Source of the DNA: a virus
Lineage: Duplodnaviria > Heunggongvirae > Uroviricota > Caudoviricetes
Virus record (IMG/VR): IMGVR_UViG_3300042275_000481
Span: 1-38,171 of that record
Length of the DNA stretch: 38,171 nt
Reading direction: 5' to 3' (one strand)
Of the stretch, positions 26,724 to 36,841 are shown one piece after another (the first letter of the stretch is position 1; every line of letters begins with the position of its first letter). Position numbers and translations under genes: made by a program. The notes under the pieces are model-generated. The model worked only from the letters and a program-made list of their open reading frames with translations. It was not told the DNA's origin and did no database searches.

Positions 26724-27773
26724 TTAGAATCCTAAGTCAAAACTATCATCACTGGTCATACTTGGTTGTGAAGGTTCTTCATCTTGAAGTGCACGTGCAG
26801 GGATTGATTTGATTTCTTTTGCAATTGTTCTATTTTCACTTTCAATATCACGTTGAGCAAGTTTACTACTTTCTTCTGCATCAACAACGAATTTACCAGC
26901 AAATTTGTTCAATTTAGCAAGAGCACCCATTCCACTACTACTAGCATTAGCAAATGTATCTACTGTATCTAGAACATCTTTAAGTTTAGTTTTAGAACGA
27001 TAGTACATATAGAAGATTTCTCTCAATGACATTAATAGCGTCACGATACCAGCCGCTTTATAAGCAAAGTCAACCAACTTTCTATTATTACCAACTAATT
27101 CTTGGATACCATTAATAACAACGCTAAGAATATCGCTTGCTTCTAATAACACGTCATCATCAAGTTCTACTTCATTGAAATGTTCTCTCATAGTGGTAAC
27201 TTGTTTAATAGTGCTACGGAATTCTCCTCTTTCAACACTTCTGTTAAATTCTTTAAGTGTTCTAATTGGAGCGATTTCTTCATACTTAGGGTTTTTCTTT
27301 AACTCAATATCACCAGCTGAGAAATCAATCATAACTGAAATTAGATATGATGTCGCTGAGAATATTGACATTACTAGTGATTGATATTTCAATACTAATA
27401 ACGTTTTGTTGTCTCTGTATGCTTCTTTAAATTGCATACTATATTGGTTTAGATACATAATTGACTTAACGATTTCTTTTAAGAATTCTCTCAACTCAGG
27501 AGTAACACCCTCAGAAGATCTTTCCATGATAACTTCTAATTGTGTCACTGCATCTTGTAATGAGCCAAGCTCACGGAGACGTTTAATATCTCCGCGAGAA
27601 CGGTCAATAGGAGTTGTATCCATACTTTCTACTTTTTCTTTAACTGCATTTAATACTGATACGACTATTTCTTTGATAGATTCTGTTTTAGCTGTTTCTA
27701 ATAAAGCCTGAATTTCTTGTTCGTTGAATAGTTGAGATTCCTGAAGGAAATCATATAATAGTTTATCTGTCAT
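26724..27773 (-). CDS. Probable head/internal virion protein, 349 aa
   Basis: Late operon, helical, several L/F-x-E-A/S motifs, one hydrophobic stretch (LVMSIFSATSYLISVMIDF). Confidence 0.7.
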   Translation of the reverse strand: MTDKLLYDFLQESQLFNEQEIQALLETAKTESIKEIVVSVLNAVKEKVESMDTTPIDRSRGDIKRLRELGSLQDAVTQLEVIMERSSEGVTPELREFLKEIVKSIMYLNQYSMQFKEAYRDNKTLLVLKYQSLVMSIFSATSYLISVMIDFSAGDIELKKNPKYEEIAPIRTLKEFNRSVERGEFRSTIKQVTTMREHFNEVELDDDVLLEASDILSVVINGIQELVGNNRKLVDFAYKAAGIVTLLMSLREIFYMYYRSKTKLKDVLDTVDTFANASSSGMGALAKLNKFAGKFVVDAEESSKLAQRDIESENRTIAKEIKSIPARALQDEEPSQPSMTSDDSFDLGF

Positions 27774-27788
27774 GATATTTCCTCCTCC

Positions 27789-30644
27789 TTACAATCTGCC
27801 AATTTTCATCAGAGCTGATGTTAATTGGTCTCCAGTATCTTTATTACGTAATGCACTATAAGGCACTACATCCCAGCTAATATTTTCAGGGCTATCATAA
27901 ATATATAGTCTTTCACTTGCATCATTAGCAATCATAATACTCATTGCTGAGTAACGTTTCATTAATGATGCTGATAGTTTTTTGTCTCTTAAATAGTCAA
28001 TTCCAGTGTCTGCCTTAACATCATCTACTTCTTTTTGTGAGAATACTAGATGAGCATTAGCAATATTATCACTACGCTTACCAGCTAATTTATTAGCGAC
28101 TGCTAGACGAGACACCTTTTCAAGGTCTTGCCAGATTTCAGCACTTTGTGGTAAGTTTTGTACATCTTTTTTAAGTTTAGTCATTCCAAGAAGGTCTGCA
28201 ATCATATCCTTATCTTTACTTGAAGATTTAAGAATACCTTTAAGTGTTTGACCTTCAGAGTTTGATTTAAGTATATAAGCCATTTCTTCTGATGGAATTC
28301 TTGTAATAACACCAAGGATACCAATAACAGCTACTAATTCGTTATCTGCAAATGTACCATCTGCATAGCGTTCTTTGAATCTGATAGTAAGCATTAATGG
28401 CGTATTGTATTTACGGTCTTTAAGTTCACGTTTATCATACTCTACTTCACCATAAGCATATGTTGATGCAGCACTAAATTTAGGAGCTACACGAATTGTT
28501 GGTTTAGCTTTCTTATCATATTCGTAAGTTGTTGATAATTCCACAGGAATTCTAGTTTGAACTATTGCTTCTGTTATTAAATCATTATAATATTCTTCAC
28601 CATTAAGAATGTCTTCTTCAATAATTTCACCAATTCCTTGAAGTGTTTCAGCTGTATCTTCATCTAAGAAAAAGTAAACTTTTTCTCTAACTTCAGTACT
28701 AGCATTAAGATTATTTTGTCTCATCATTTTTTCAAGAACAGAACGATGTTTATTTAATAATGCTTTTAATTCTGATTCTGATAACATTTCATCTTCAGGA
28801 TTGACTTTTTCACCATATGATTTAAATTCTCCAGCTGGTGATGGGTCTTTTTCTTCAGTTGGTTGTGCTATTTCTTTTTCTCTAAGTTCTAATGCTTTTC
28901 TTAGACTTTGTTGTTGAACTTCTATACTTTCGATTAAAGCTTCAACACGTTCCCAACCCATGATTCCTTCTTTTCTATGTCTTTTAAGTCTAGCTTTTTC
29001 TCTTATAGCTGCAGCAGCTTTTGGGAAAATTTTGGCTAGTAAGTCGCCAGTTCTCTTGAATAGTCCTTCTCCACCTAGTGATTTTCTAAAGATGAAGAAT
29101 CCTGCAACACCACCGAGTAGTCCTAAGCCAATAGGACCTAATGCGGCAGCCGCACCTGTTAGCCCAGCAACAGAAGCACCTAGAGTACCACCTGCAAATC
29201 CTGCAGCAGCTCCAGCGCCTGTTGATGCAACTGTTCCAGCTGCTTCTAATATTTCTTGTAATACAATACCAAATATTTTTGGCATAGTATTACCAATTAT
29301 TCTCTCACTATTTTTAATTCTATCTGCATCAGCAGCATTTATAACTGTGCTAGAAATTTCTGGGTCTATTACCTTATTATCAGGGAATCTTGCCACTAAT
29401 TCACCTCTAGTACTTCTAGATAGCGGTAATCCTAATCTAACAACTAGATATTGAATGTATTCATTACCAGATATTCTTTCTGATTGAAGTAAGAATGTTG
29501 CTTTTTCAAATCTGTCTTTCAATGCAGCATTTTTAGGATGTAATAACATTTCAGCAACAGTTGTATCTAATGATTGTGCTAATTCTTTAGAATTAACAAC
29601 GATGTCTGTTGATGTAAGTCTTGTCATTGTAGGTTTATTTTTCTTTAAGTAGTCTAACTGAATTTCTAAAGCATCCACTTCAGCTTGTGCTGTTACTTTA
29701 GCGGCACCAGTTGCATTCTTAACTACAGCTTCTTTTTTAGCTATTTCTGCTTTTGTCTCAGCTATTTTATCATTATAATCACTCATTTGTTCAGTGAAAT
29801 CTTTATTCGCTCTTTCTTTAGCACCACGAGCAAGTTCAAATACCTTATCTCTGTTTAATGCTTTTCCAGGGTCGGCTGCATCTTTCTTCAAGAAGTCTTG
29901 CAGCGTTAGATACTCGTAGTCTCTTAGTGAACTGCTATTATCAGTTGTACTAGCTTCTTGCAAATTAATCAATTCTTCAGGATATGTTGTTACATATTCT
30001 GCAAGTAATTTAGCCTCAGCTTCAGGGAGTACAACAGCATCTTCTAATAAAGCATCTATCATTGGTACACCAGTTTTATATTCTTTGCTTTCTTGTCTAA
30101 TTAAACTGTATGCAGAAATATTTTGGAAGAAATCTGCAGCATCTAATTTACCTTTTGAAGCTTGTCTAGCTAATTTTCTATTACCAAATTCAGTACCAGC
30201 TAGAGTATCTAGTGCTTGAATTGCAATATTTCCATCTTCTCCACTTTGATAAGCAGAAATATCAATTACTTGATTAGAAATTAATAGATTTATATATTCA
30301 GCATATTGTTCTTCAAATAGTCTTTTTAGCATTACAGAAGTTTCTGGTTCAATATTATCAGATATAACAATCGGAAAGGATTTAACTGACCTAGAAGCTA
30401 TGTTTTTGACACTATTTGCTCCAATAATTGCTCCGAAAGCACCTGTTAAGCGCTTTTTGGCTTCCTTAGCATCTGTGACTGTTCTAGTATCTGGGTCAAT
30501 AATCGCCCCAAATCCTGGTTGGTCCACTGAAAGTTTATCTTGTGGTTCATATTGAGGAAACTTTCTTTTTAATTTATCTGAATAGCTAGATTTTTTAAAG
30601 AACGCTTCTTGTAATAATTTATCATTACGTTTCATTTTCATCAT
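27789..30644 (-). CDS. Probable internal head / ejection protein, 951 aa
   Basis: First gene after the late promoter at 30673. It has L-x-E-A motifs, a coiled-coil, and a roughly 50-aa Gly/Ala hydrophobic segment. Confidence 0.75.
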   Translation of the reverse strand: MMKMKRNDKLLQEAFFKKSSYSDKLKRKFPQYEPQDKLSVDQPGFGAIIDPDTRTVTDAKEAKKRLTGAFGAIIGANSVKNIASRSVKSFPIVISDNIEPETSVMLKRLFEEQYAEYINLLISNQVIDISAYQSGEDGNIAIQALDTLAGTEFGNRKLARQASKGKLDAADFFQNISAYSLIRQESKEYKTGVPMIDALLEDAVVLPEAEAKLLAEYVTTYPEELINLQEASTTDNSSSLRDYEYLTLQDFLKKDAADPGKALNRDKVFELARGAKERANKDFTEQMSDYNDKIAETKAEIAKKEAVVKNATGAAKVTAQAEVDALEIQLDYLKKNKPTMTRLTSTDIVVNSKELAQSLDTTVAEMLLHPKNAALKDRFEKATFLLQSERISGNEYIQYLVVRLGLPLSRSTRGELVARFPDNKVIDPEISSTVINAADADRIKNSERIIGNTMPKIFGIVLQEILEAAGTVASTGAGAAAGFAGGTLGASVAGLTGAAAALGPIGLGLLGGVAGFFIFRKSLGGEGLFKRTGDLLAKIFPKAAAAIREKARLKRHRKEGIMGWERVEALIESIEVQQQSLRKALELREKEIAQPTEEKDPSPAGEFKSYGEKVNPEDEMLSESELKALLNKHRSVLEKMMRQNNLNASTEVREKVYFFLDEDTAETLQGIGEIIEEDILNGEEYYNDLITEAIVQTRIPVELSTTYEYDKKAKPTIRVAPKFSAASTYAYGEVEYDKRELKDRKYNTPLMLTIRFKERYADGTFADNELVAVIGILGVITRIPSEEMAYILKSNSEGQTLKGILKSSSKDKDMIADLLGMTKLKKDVQNLPQSAEIWQDLEKVSRLAVANKLAGKRSDNIANAHLVFSQKEVDDVKADTGIDYLRDKKLSASLMKRYSAMSIMIANDASERLYIYDSPENISWDVVPYSALRNKDTGDQLTSALMKIGRL

Positions 30645-30672
30645 CCTTTCACGAAAAAATTTAATTTGTTTT

Positions 30673-30688
30673 CATATAATTTATTGTT
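30673..30688 (-). promoter_or_regulatory. Putative late promoter AACAA-N4-TTATATG
   Basis: Minus strand AACAATAAATTATATG; divergent from the copy at 30731. Confidence 0.75.
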
Positions 30689-30730
30689 TCAACTATTATT
30701 ATTTTAAAATAATAGTTTATAAGTGAGAAG

Positions 30731-30746
30731 AACAATAGATTATATG
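30731..30746 (+). promoter_or_regulatory. Putative late promoter AACAA-N4-TTATATG
   Basis: AACAATAGATTATATG. Confidence 0.75.
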
Positions 30747-30769
30747 AGAAAATTAAGGAGTGTGATATC

Positions 30770-31921
30770 ATGGCTGATTTCAAAGACAAATATGTAGATA
30801 CCAATAGTAATGTGGCTGGATTTGAAGACCTTACCAAATTTGATGTCTATATGCAGAATCATAGATATGCTGATGACTTTACAACAGGATACGCTTTTGT
30901 ATTCATTACAAAACCAATGTTATTTTTATACCCAAACAAACCACAGGGTGATAAGATAACTACTACTGAAAGATTAGCATATGAAAATATGACAAGAGAC
31001 CATGTATTCTCACAATTTATAGATGGGGAAGCAATGAATGACAATGATTTGATGCTTGTAAAACAATTATCATATTATAATGATTTCGACACTTTAAATT
31101 TTCTACCATTAGTGACAAATAGAGTTAAGTCATTCCAAGCTATGGACGTGACACTTGCTCAGACTGAAACATATGATACACGTCATGGTTTTAGAATGCC
31201 ACTACCTACTCATAAGATTGATTCTATTAATAGTAATAGTCTTTCACTAGTATGTACAGAAACGCTTAACCTAGATTTCATTAAAATGATGACACTTTGG
31301 GTTAACTATATAAGTAATGTTACTGATGGAACTTTCCACGCTAATCCTGATATGATTAGAAATAACGTATTAGATTATATGAGTTCTATATACTACTTTG
31401 TACTAGAACCAGATGGAAGAACTTTAAAATTCTGGTCTAAATATACAGGTGTATGACCTACCACTATCCCTCAATCACCATTGAGCTTTAGCAGAGGCGA
31501 AAGTAGTACTGTTGATTTAGACTTACAATTTACTTACACAAGTAAAGAGGATATGAATCCTTCTATACTTGAAGACTTCAATAGAGTTTCATTAAACTAT
31601 TTTGAAGAACTATATCCAAATCAAATCGCTTTAGATGTATTAGATGATGACTACCCTTCTGTTAAGAATAGTCCATTATTAAATCCTAATGCTCTAAGAG
31701 CTAATATAAGTTTTAACAGCACTAATAGAGGACCATTAGTATTCTATAAGAATGGTTCTATTGAAAATTCATATCTTAGCACACCATTATCTAATAAATT
31801 TGAAATTAGTTTTGGTGAGAATACATTTGAAGGTGTATATGTAGAGAATAAATTTGAATCCGAGTACTTCTTTGAAAGTGCTAAGGAATTCTTCAAGTCA
31901 CAATTAAGTGACGAACAATAA
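30770..31921 (+). CDS. Tail-tube-fold protein (T4 gp19/gp54-like), 383 aa, with one in-frame TGA (31454..31456) read as Trp
   Basis: ORFs 30770..31456 and 31481..31921 share a frame: KFWSKYTGV-TGA-PTTIPQSPLSFSRGESSTVDLDLQFTY. Tube proteins typically have G-x-aromatic-P at this position. Confidence 0.82.
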
Positions 31922-31935
31922 GGAGGTAGAGATAT

Positions 31936-34818
31936 ATGGCTACAGAAGACAAAACATTAGTATCATCATCTCAGTATGATATATACGCTAAGCTGTTAGC
32001 AATAGCTAGTAAATATACAGATATAAACAATGAGGACTTTCTAAAAACTGGTCTTTTTGGATATATCACAGAAAGTATGGCTTTAATTGCTCGTGACAGC
32101 TCATTTCACAAAACTATGCTTTATAACGAGAGCTTCCTTAATACAGCTAATATGCCAAAATCTGTATATAACTGGGCTAAGATGTTCAATATCAATATTT
32201 CTAATGCTACACCTGCATATGCAGATATCATGGTTACTATTGCTGTTGAAAATCTAGAACTTGGGTCTCCTTTTGTTTACAAACATACAGAGGCTAAATA
32301 TGGTGCCGAAGTTTTAACATCAGATAAAAATATGCTAATATTAGACCGTGCTAATCCGTTTATTGCTGGTGAACTCCAATTTATGATGGAACGTTCAGTT
32401 GCAGTATACAGGTCATCTAGTGCAGATTCAGCATTTATTGTTAAATATATTAGTACCGAGGAACCAACATCTAATTTCCAAAATTTAAGCAATTTATTCA
32501 TTCGTAGTAATATTAGTAGAACCGATGGAAAAGAGTATCTCTCTTTTATTATCAGAGCATATCAATATACTCGAAATGAAATTAGAAAACAAATTAGTAG
32601 TGCATCATTCTTAGATACTAAAATTCATACTTTTGAATTTAGTGACCAGTTTGTTGCCGCTAGACTATACTATAAACGAGGAACATCTTCAAGAGAAGAA
32701 ATTGAACTTAGATATTCAAATATCCCAAGTACAAGTAGTGTAGATGCATTATCTAAATTTGCATATTACAATCTGTCATCTGAGAATTCAATACAGATAA
32801 AATTTTCTAGTGCTAGTGGAGACTTTATGCCTGCCGCTAATAGTACATTATATCTAGACCTTTATACAACAAGAGGTTCTGCAGGAAATATTGAATACAC
32901 TGGTGATGTTATTTTTAGATTACAAGAAGAGGAAATGAGAAACCTTCCAGTATACGCTATGTTCTTTAATAGCCGTTCTATCGGGGGAATTGACAGACCT
33001 TCTCTAAATAGAATTAAAAACGCAGTAATTAATGAGATTTCAACTCGTGATGTTATCGTTACCGAAAATGACCTTAATAACTACTTCTTAATCTTAACAG
33101 CATTATTAGAAACAGTTAACGATGGTAAAATTACCTTCATTAAGAAACGTGATGATATTCTAAGACGTGTATTCAGTTCTTATATATTAATGCGTGACGG
33201 TCTACAAAATGGTTCGGCAGCACCTTCTGGGTATCTATCTAAGGTTCTTCCTACTAACACATTAGATGCTACATTTGAAGTTTCGACTAACGTTAGTAAA
33301 CCATTTGGTACAGTTATTGAGAGAAATCCTGATGACGCACAATATCAATATGTACAAGACCCATCAAGCGACGACTATTACATAATTCCTTTCTATACTA
33401 GAATCACACTGTCACCTTTCAAAAAGGTTAAGTATATCTATAACTTAACAGATATGAGCAAGAGTTTATCTTATAGAACTGTAACTAATAACTCTGGTAG
33501 TAAGTACTTTATACCATCAACTGTATCTGTTTACAGAGGAATGGAAGGAATTACAACTAGTAATTTTTACAGTTTCAAATTTACTTATATAACTAACTTT
33601 AATCTTAAGAATGAAATAACTGAAGGACAAGATACATTTAATCTGTCATTTTACCGTAGGGGAACAGAGACTGTTGCCATAAAAACTATGGTGTTTGATA
33701 TGAATGACAATATTACAATATCAAGTATTGAAGATGAAGACAATGCTGGTGTATTCGAAACAGTTATTGAATTAAAAGTATTTGTTGACGAAGTAAATGA
33801 TGAATTCATTTTCGATGTAAATCAAGAAACCGATTACGGTACAAATATTGTAGTACTTGATCCAGACAATGCAACTGTCGCTTTACCTAGTGAAGTAAGT
33901 GTTGTATTAAGATTTAATAATATCACTAATGATAGTATTGATATAGAATTTATATCTGGTGGTTACTTAACACTATTTAAGAATCTAGACGAATTAATGT
34001 ATTCAGATATCACAGTTAATGAGACAGCTCCTCAATGGAACCAAATAAGTTCATTTACTAGCGCTGCTGTAACTACTCCAACAGTAGATGCGACTATATA
34101 TTCACATTATATAAACACAGCTGATGGAAGTCTTTGAACTTCAAATGGAACAACTTGGACTGATACTGGTGAGGACCTTATTGGAAACGAAGTTGACCCA
34201 ACATCAGCAGGAGATGATGATGCTTACTACTGGAACTCTACAGATGGCACATTATTCCAATATGATGCTAATACGTACATTACATCGTTAAAAATTAAAA
34301 ACATTCCATTAGTACATTCATCATTCTTCAATGGTGAAGAAAGTAGCACTAAATTTATTAATCAATTATTTGTATATATAGATATGCTTAAAGAAAACTT
34401 AGGTAAGCTAGAAACAAATACATTCTTTGACCTGAAGTTCTACAATACATATGGAAATGCACAATACTATAATACTATTTCAACTAATCTTAAACTAGAA
34501 TTAGATATTCATCTTAAAGAAAATGCTTATGCGACTGGTTTAGAGCTAACAATTAAAGATTTTGTTAGGTTACTAGTAGATGATGCTAATACATCTAAAT
34601 CATTAAGAGTTTCTGATTTGATTAGAAATCTAACAAATCAATTCTATAACCAAATAGATTATGTTGACTTCAAAGGTCTTAATGACACATTTACACAGTA
34701 TATTTCACAAACATCGTCAATCAGACCTAATCTTTATGCACCAGAATATCTAAATATTCCAGAAGAAAACCTTCAATATATCAAGATAATTGACTTTGAT
34801 GGTACAGAAATACAATAA
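31936..34818 (+). CDS. Baseplate wedge subunit (T4 gp6 / baseplate J-like), 960 aa, with one in-frame TGA (34135..34137) read as Trp
   Basis: ESFLNTANMPKSVYNWAK, YTTRGSAGN, GGIDRPS and DLNNYF motifs. After DGSL-TGA come 82 sense codons (TSNGTTWTDTG...) joining ORF 34384..34818 in frame. Confidence 0.87.
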
Positions 34819-34836
34819 TATAAAAATCAAATATTA

Positions 34837-34852
34837 AACAATATATTATATG
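34837..34852 (+). promoter_or_regulatory. Putative late promoter AACAA-N4-TTATATG
   Basis: AACAATATATTATATG. Confidence 0.75.
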
Positions 34853-34887
34853 AAATAAAATTTATATAATATGAGAGGATGGTATAA

Positions 34888-35976
34888 ATGGACAAAAAAT
34901 TTAATCTTACTGAGTCTTTGACTGAAATCGGAAGCAAGACTTTAGAAAAGAGCAAAAGATTACAAAATCAAGCCAATGACTTTTTACAAGAATACTACAA
35001 AAAATTAAGAGAAGATGAAAGCCTTCAAGAGCAAAAAAATAAAGATGCTCTTGTTAATGGTGCATCATTTACACAATCTTCTGCTTATATGCGCAATAAA
35101 AACAGAACTCAATTAGCAGAGCAAGCTATTAGATACAACAACCGTGCAAGCACAATTGTTATGACAGACGTCCTTTCTAATATTGTTGAAGAAGCTTTAC
35201 TAATGGAAACAGAAGAATTTGCAGAATTAAACCCTGCTTATAAAGCTGAAATTAGAGAAACTGTTTTAGCATTCTTAGAAAATGCAGACCTTAATGAATC
35301 AATTAAAGATAAGAGAACTCTTTCAATTATGGAACATATCTCTAGAAATCTTCCTGATGTTAAGACTGGCGTTTATCTAAAAGAAGAAGAAATCGTAGAT
35401 ATCGTTAAGAAATCTACTCCTAAAGAAGTTAACTCTTCTATTGAAAGTCTAGTTGGTGACGTTAAAGAACGTGTAGCTAACCTTGTATCCGATGAACAAG
35501 AAGCTGAAGAAGAATTACAAGACCAAATCGATGAAATTGTTGCTGTTAGCGAAGCTGCTAAAGCTAAAAAGAAAGCTAAAATAGAAAAACAAGAACAAGA
35601 TAAGGCAGAATTAGAACAATCTGAGAGAGATAAAGCTGGAGTAGTTCCTGAAGAGGAAGAAGTTATTGAAGAACCAGTTGATGAACCTTCTGAACCAAAA
35701 GAGGGCGACAAAAAAGATACTAGTATCGAAATCTCTAAAGATGGAAAAGTAAAAGTAAATATGAAAGAATCATTCATTCGTGAATATCCAAGAAAAGGAA
35801 TTCTTGAAACATTTGCATTTAATGAAGCTATGGAAATGTTAGAAGAAGGAAAAGAATATAATGGCGACTTAGCACTTGCTAATGCAATTATGTATATTAC
35901 AATTCTTGAAACATTTAATGCTACTGGTTTAATGAATATTAGTCCTGTAGAATATAAAAAATTAGCCGAAAGATAA
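34888..35976 (+). CDS. Probable head-associated/scaffold-like late protein, 362 aa
   Basis: Late promoter, acidic coiled-coil, repeated L/F/M-x-E-S/A motifs. Confidence 0.7.
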   Translation: MDKKFNLTESLTEIGSKTLEKSKRLQNQANDFLQEYYKKLREDESLQEQKNKDALVNGASFTQSSAYMRNKNRTQLAEQAIRYNNRASTIVMTDVLSNIVEEALLMETEEFAELNPAYKAEIRETVLAFLENADLNESIKDKRTLSIMEHISRNLPDVKTGVYLKEEEIVDIVKKSTPKEVNSSIESLVGDVKERVANLVSDEQEAEEELQDQIDEIVAVSEAAKAKKKAKIEKQEQDKAELEQSERDKAGVVPEEEEVIEEPVDEPSEPKEGDKKDTSIEISKDGKVKVNMKESFIREYPRKGILETFAFNEAMEMLEEGKEYNGDLALANAIMYITILETFNATGLMNISPVEYKKLAER

Positions 35977-35980
35977 AAAA

Positions 35981-36006
35981 AAAAGATAACCGAAAGGTTA
36001 TCTTTT
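35981..36006. terminator. Bidirectional terminator between convergent genes
   Basis: AAAAGATAACC-GAAA-GGTTATCTTTT. Confidence 0.88.
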
Positions 36007-36671
36007 TAATTTGTTATAATTCTTACATAAGGACTCTTAGTTTCGATTAGATATATTTTGTCCCTAATAGGTATTCTATTTGCTTTAATATCTGAGACAA
36101 CCCTATTGATTGTTACTCCCTTTATGGCAAAATAGATATCTTTTCCAGGTATATCTGGGTATAATTCAGCATCATATATTTCCATGCTACTTTCCTCAAT
36201 ACCATTATTATCTCTATAATATTGTATAATAGGAACCATAACTTCATAATGAACTTTTGAGAGTCTTCTATAATTGCTCATTTTAATGCTTGCAACCTTA
36301 TACATATATTGCGAGAAGGAACTAATTGAAAAAGGAACTGTTTCAGTTTTATTCTGATATAGTTTATTTATTTCTTCTATTTCCCTATATGTAAATTCAA
36401 GGAAACTATTCTTCCTATAACTCTCAATTTTTCTAATCATAATATTGTACGAAATTGCTTTTTGTTTATAAAATGTGAAGTTATTTTTAAATACATTAAT
36501 ATAAGACTGAACTAATGTCTTTACATTATTCTGAGCATTAGTGTCTGTAGATGACATATTTAGGATAAATGAATAGAGAATACATGATAAAATTAATTTG
36601 TCTTCGTTAGCATCAAAAGGAATTTGCATTAATCCTTCATGAATACCTGTTTTTAATATACTAGGCTTCAT
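36006..36671 (-). CDS. Hypothetical protein, 221 aa
   Basis: ORF with GAGG RBS and TAA stop at the terminator. Confidence 0.75.
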   Translation of the reverse strand: MKPSILKTGIHEGLMQIPFDANEDKLILSCILYSFILNMSSTDTNAQNNVKTLVQSYINVFKNNFTFYKQKAISYNIMIRKIESYRKNSFLEFTYREIEEINKLYQNKTETVPFSISSFSQYMYKVASIKMSNYRRLSKVHYEVMVPIIQYYRDNNGIEESSMEIYDAELYPDIPGKDIYFAIKGVTINRVVSDIKANRIPIRDKIYLIETKSPYVRIITN

Positions 36672-36840
36672 TTAGAACCCTCGCTATCTTTTCCTTAATT
36701 TTTTCTTTCAATAATTCAGCATCTCGCTCATTATTAAAAAAGTATTTATCATGTTCGTCTATATAGTCATTAACAGATTCTGAAAGGTCTAGTATTTTTT
36801 GTTTGCATAGTTTTATTTGCTCTACGATTTCTTCATACAT
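36661..36840 (-). CDS. Small hypothetical protein, 59 aa (MYEEIVEQIKLCKQKIL...RVLNEA)
   Basis: Not in the ORF track (below its apparent length cutoff). It fills the gap exactly, starts 1 nt after the upstream TAG, and has an AAGGTG RBS. Confidence 0.6.
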   Translation of the reverse strand: MYEEIVEQIKLCKQKILDLSESVNDYIDEHDKYFFNNERDAELLKEKIKEKIARVLNEA

Positions 36841-36841
36841 A

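Noticed and set aside
28960-29454. 164-aa plus-strand ORF, and the similar antisense ORFs 248..448, 3606..3911, 4163..4348, 4517..4747, 18956..19246, 27406..27711, 35373..35777 and 25435..25794
   Set aside because: They are shadows of well-supported genes on the opposite strand, with no RBS or promoter and low-complexity translations.
7391-34137. TGA as Gly (code 25), selenocysteine, or pseudogene-causing nonsense mutations
   Set aside because: The internal repeat alignment and the tube-protein motif point to Trp, the contexts are not redox or Cys sites, and four single nonsense codons in essential-type virion genes with intact downstream frames are unlikely. Assembly error is not formally excluded without reads.
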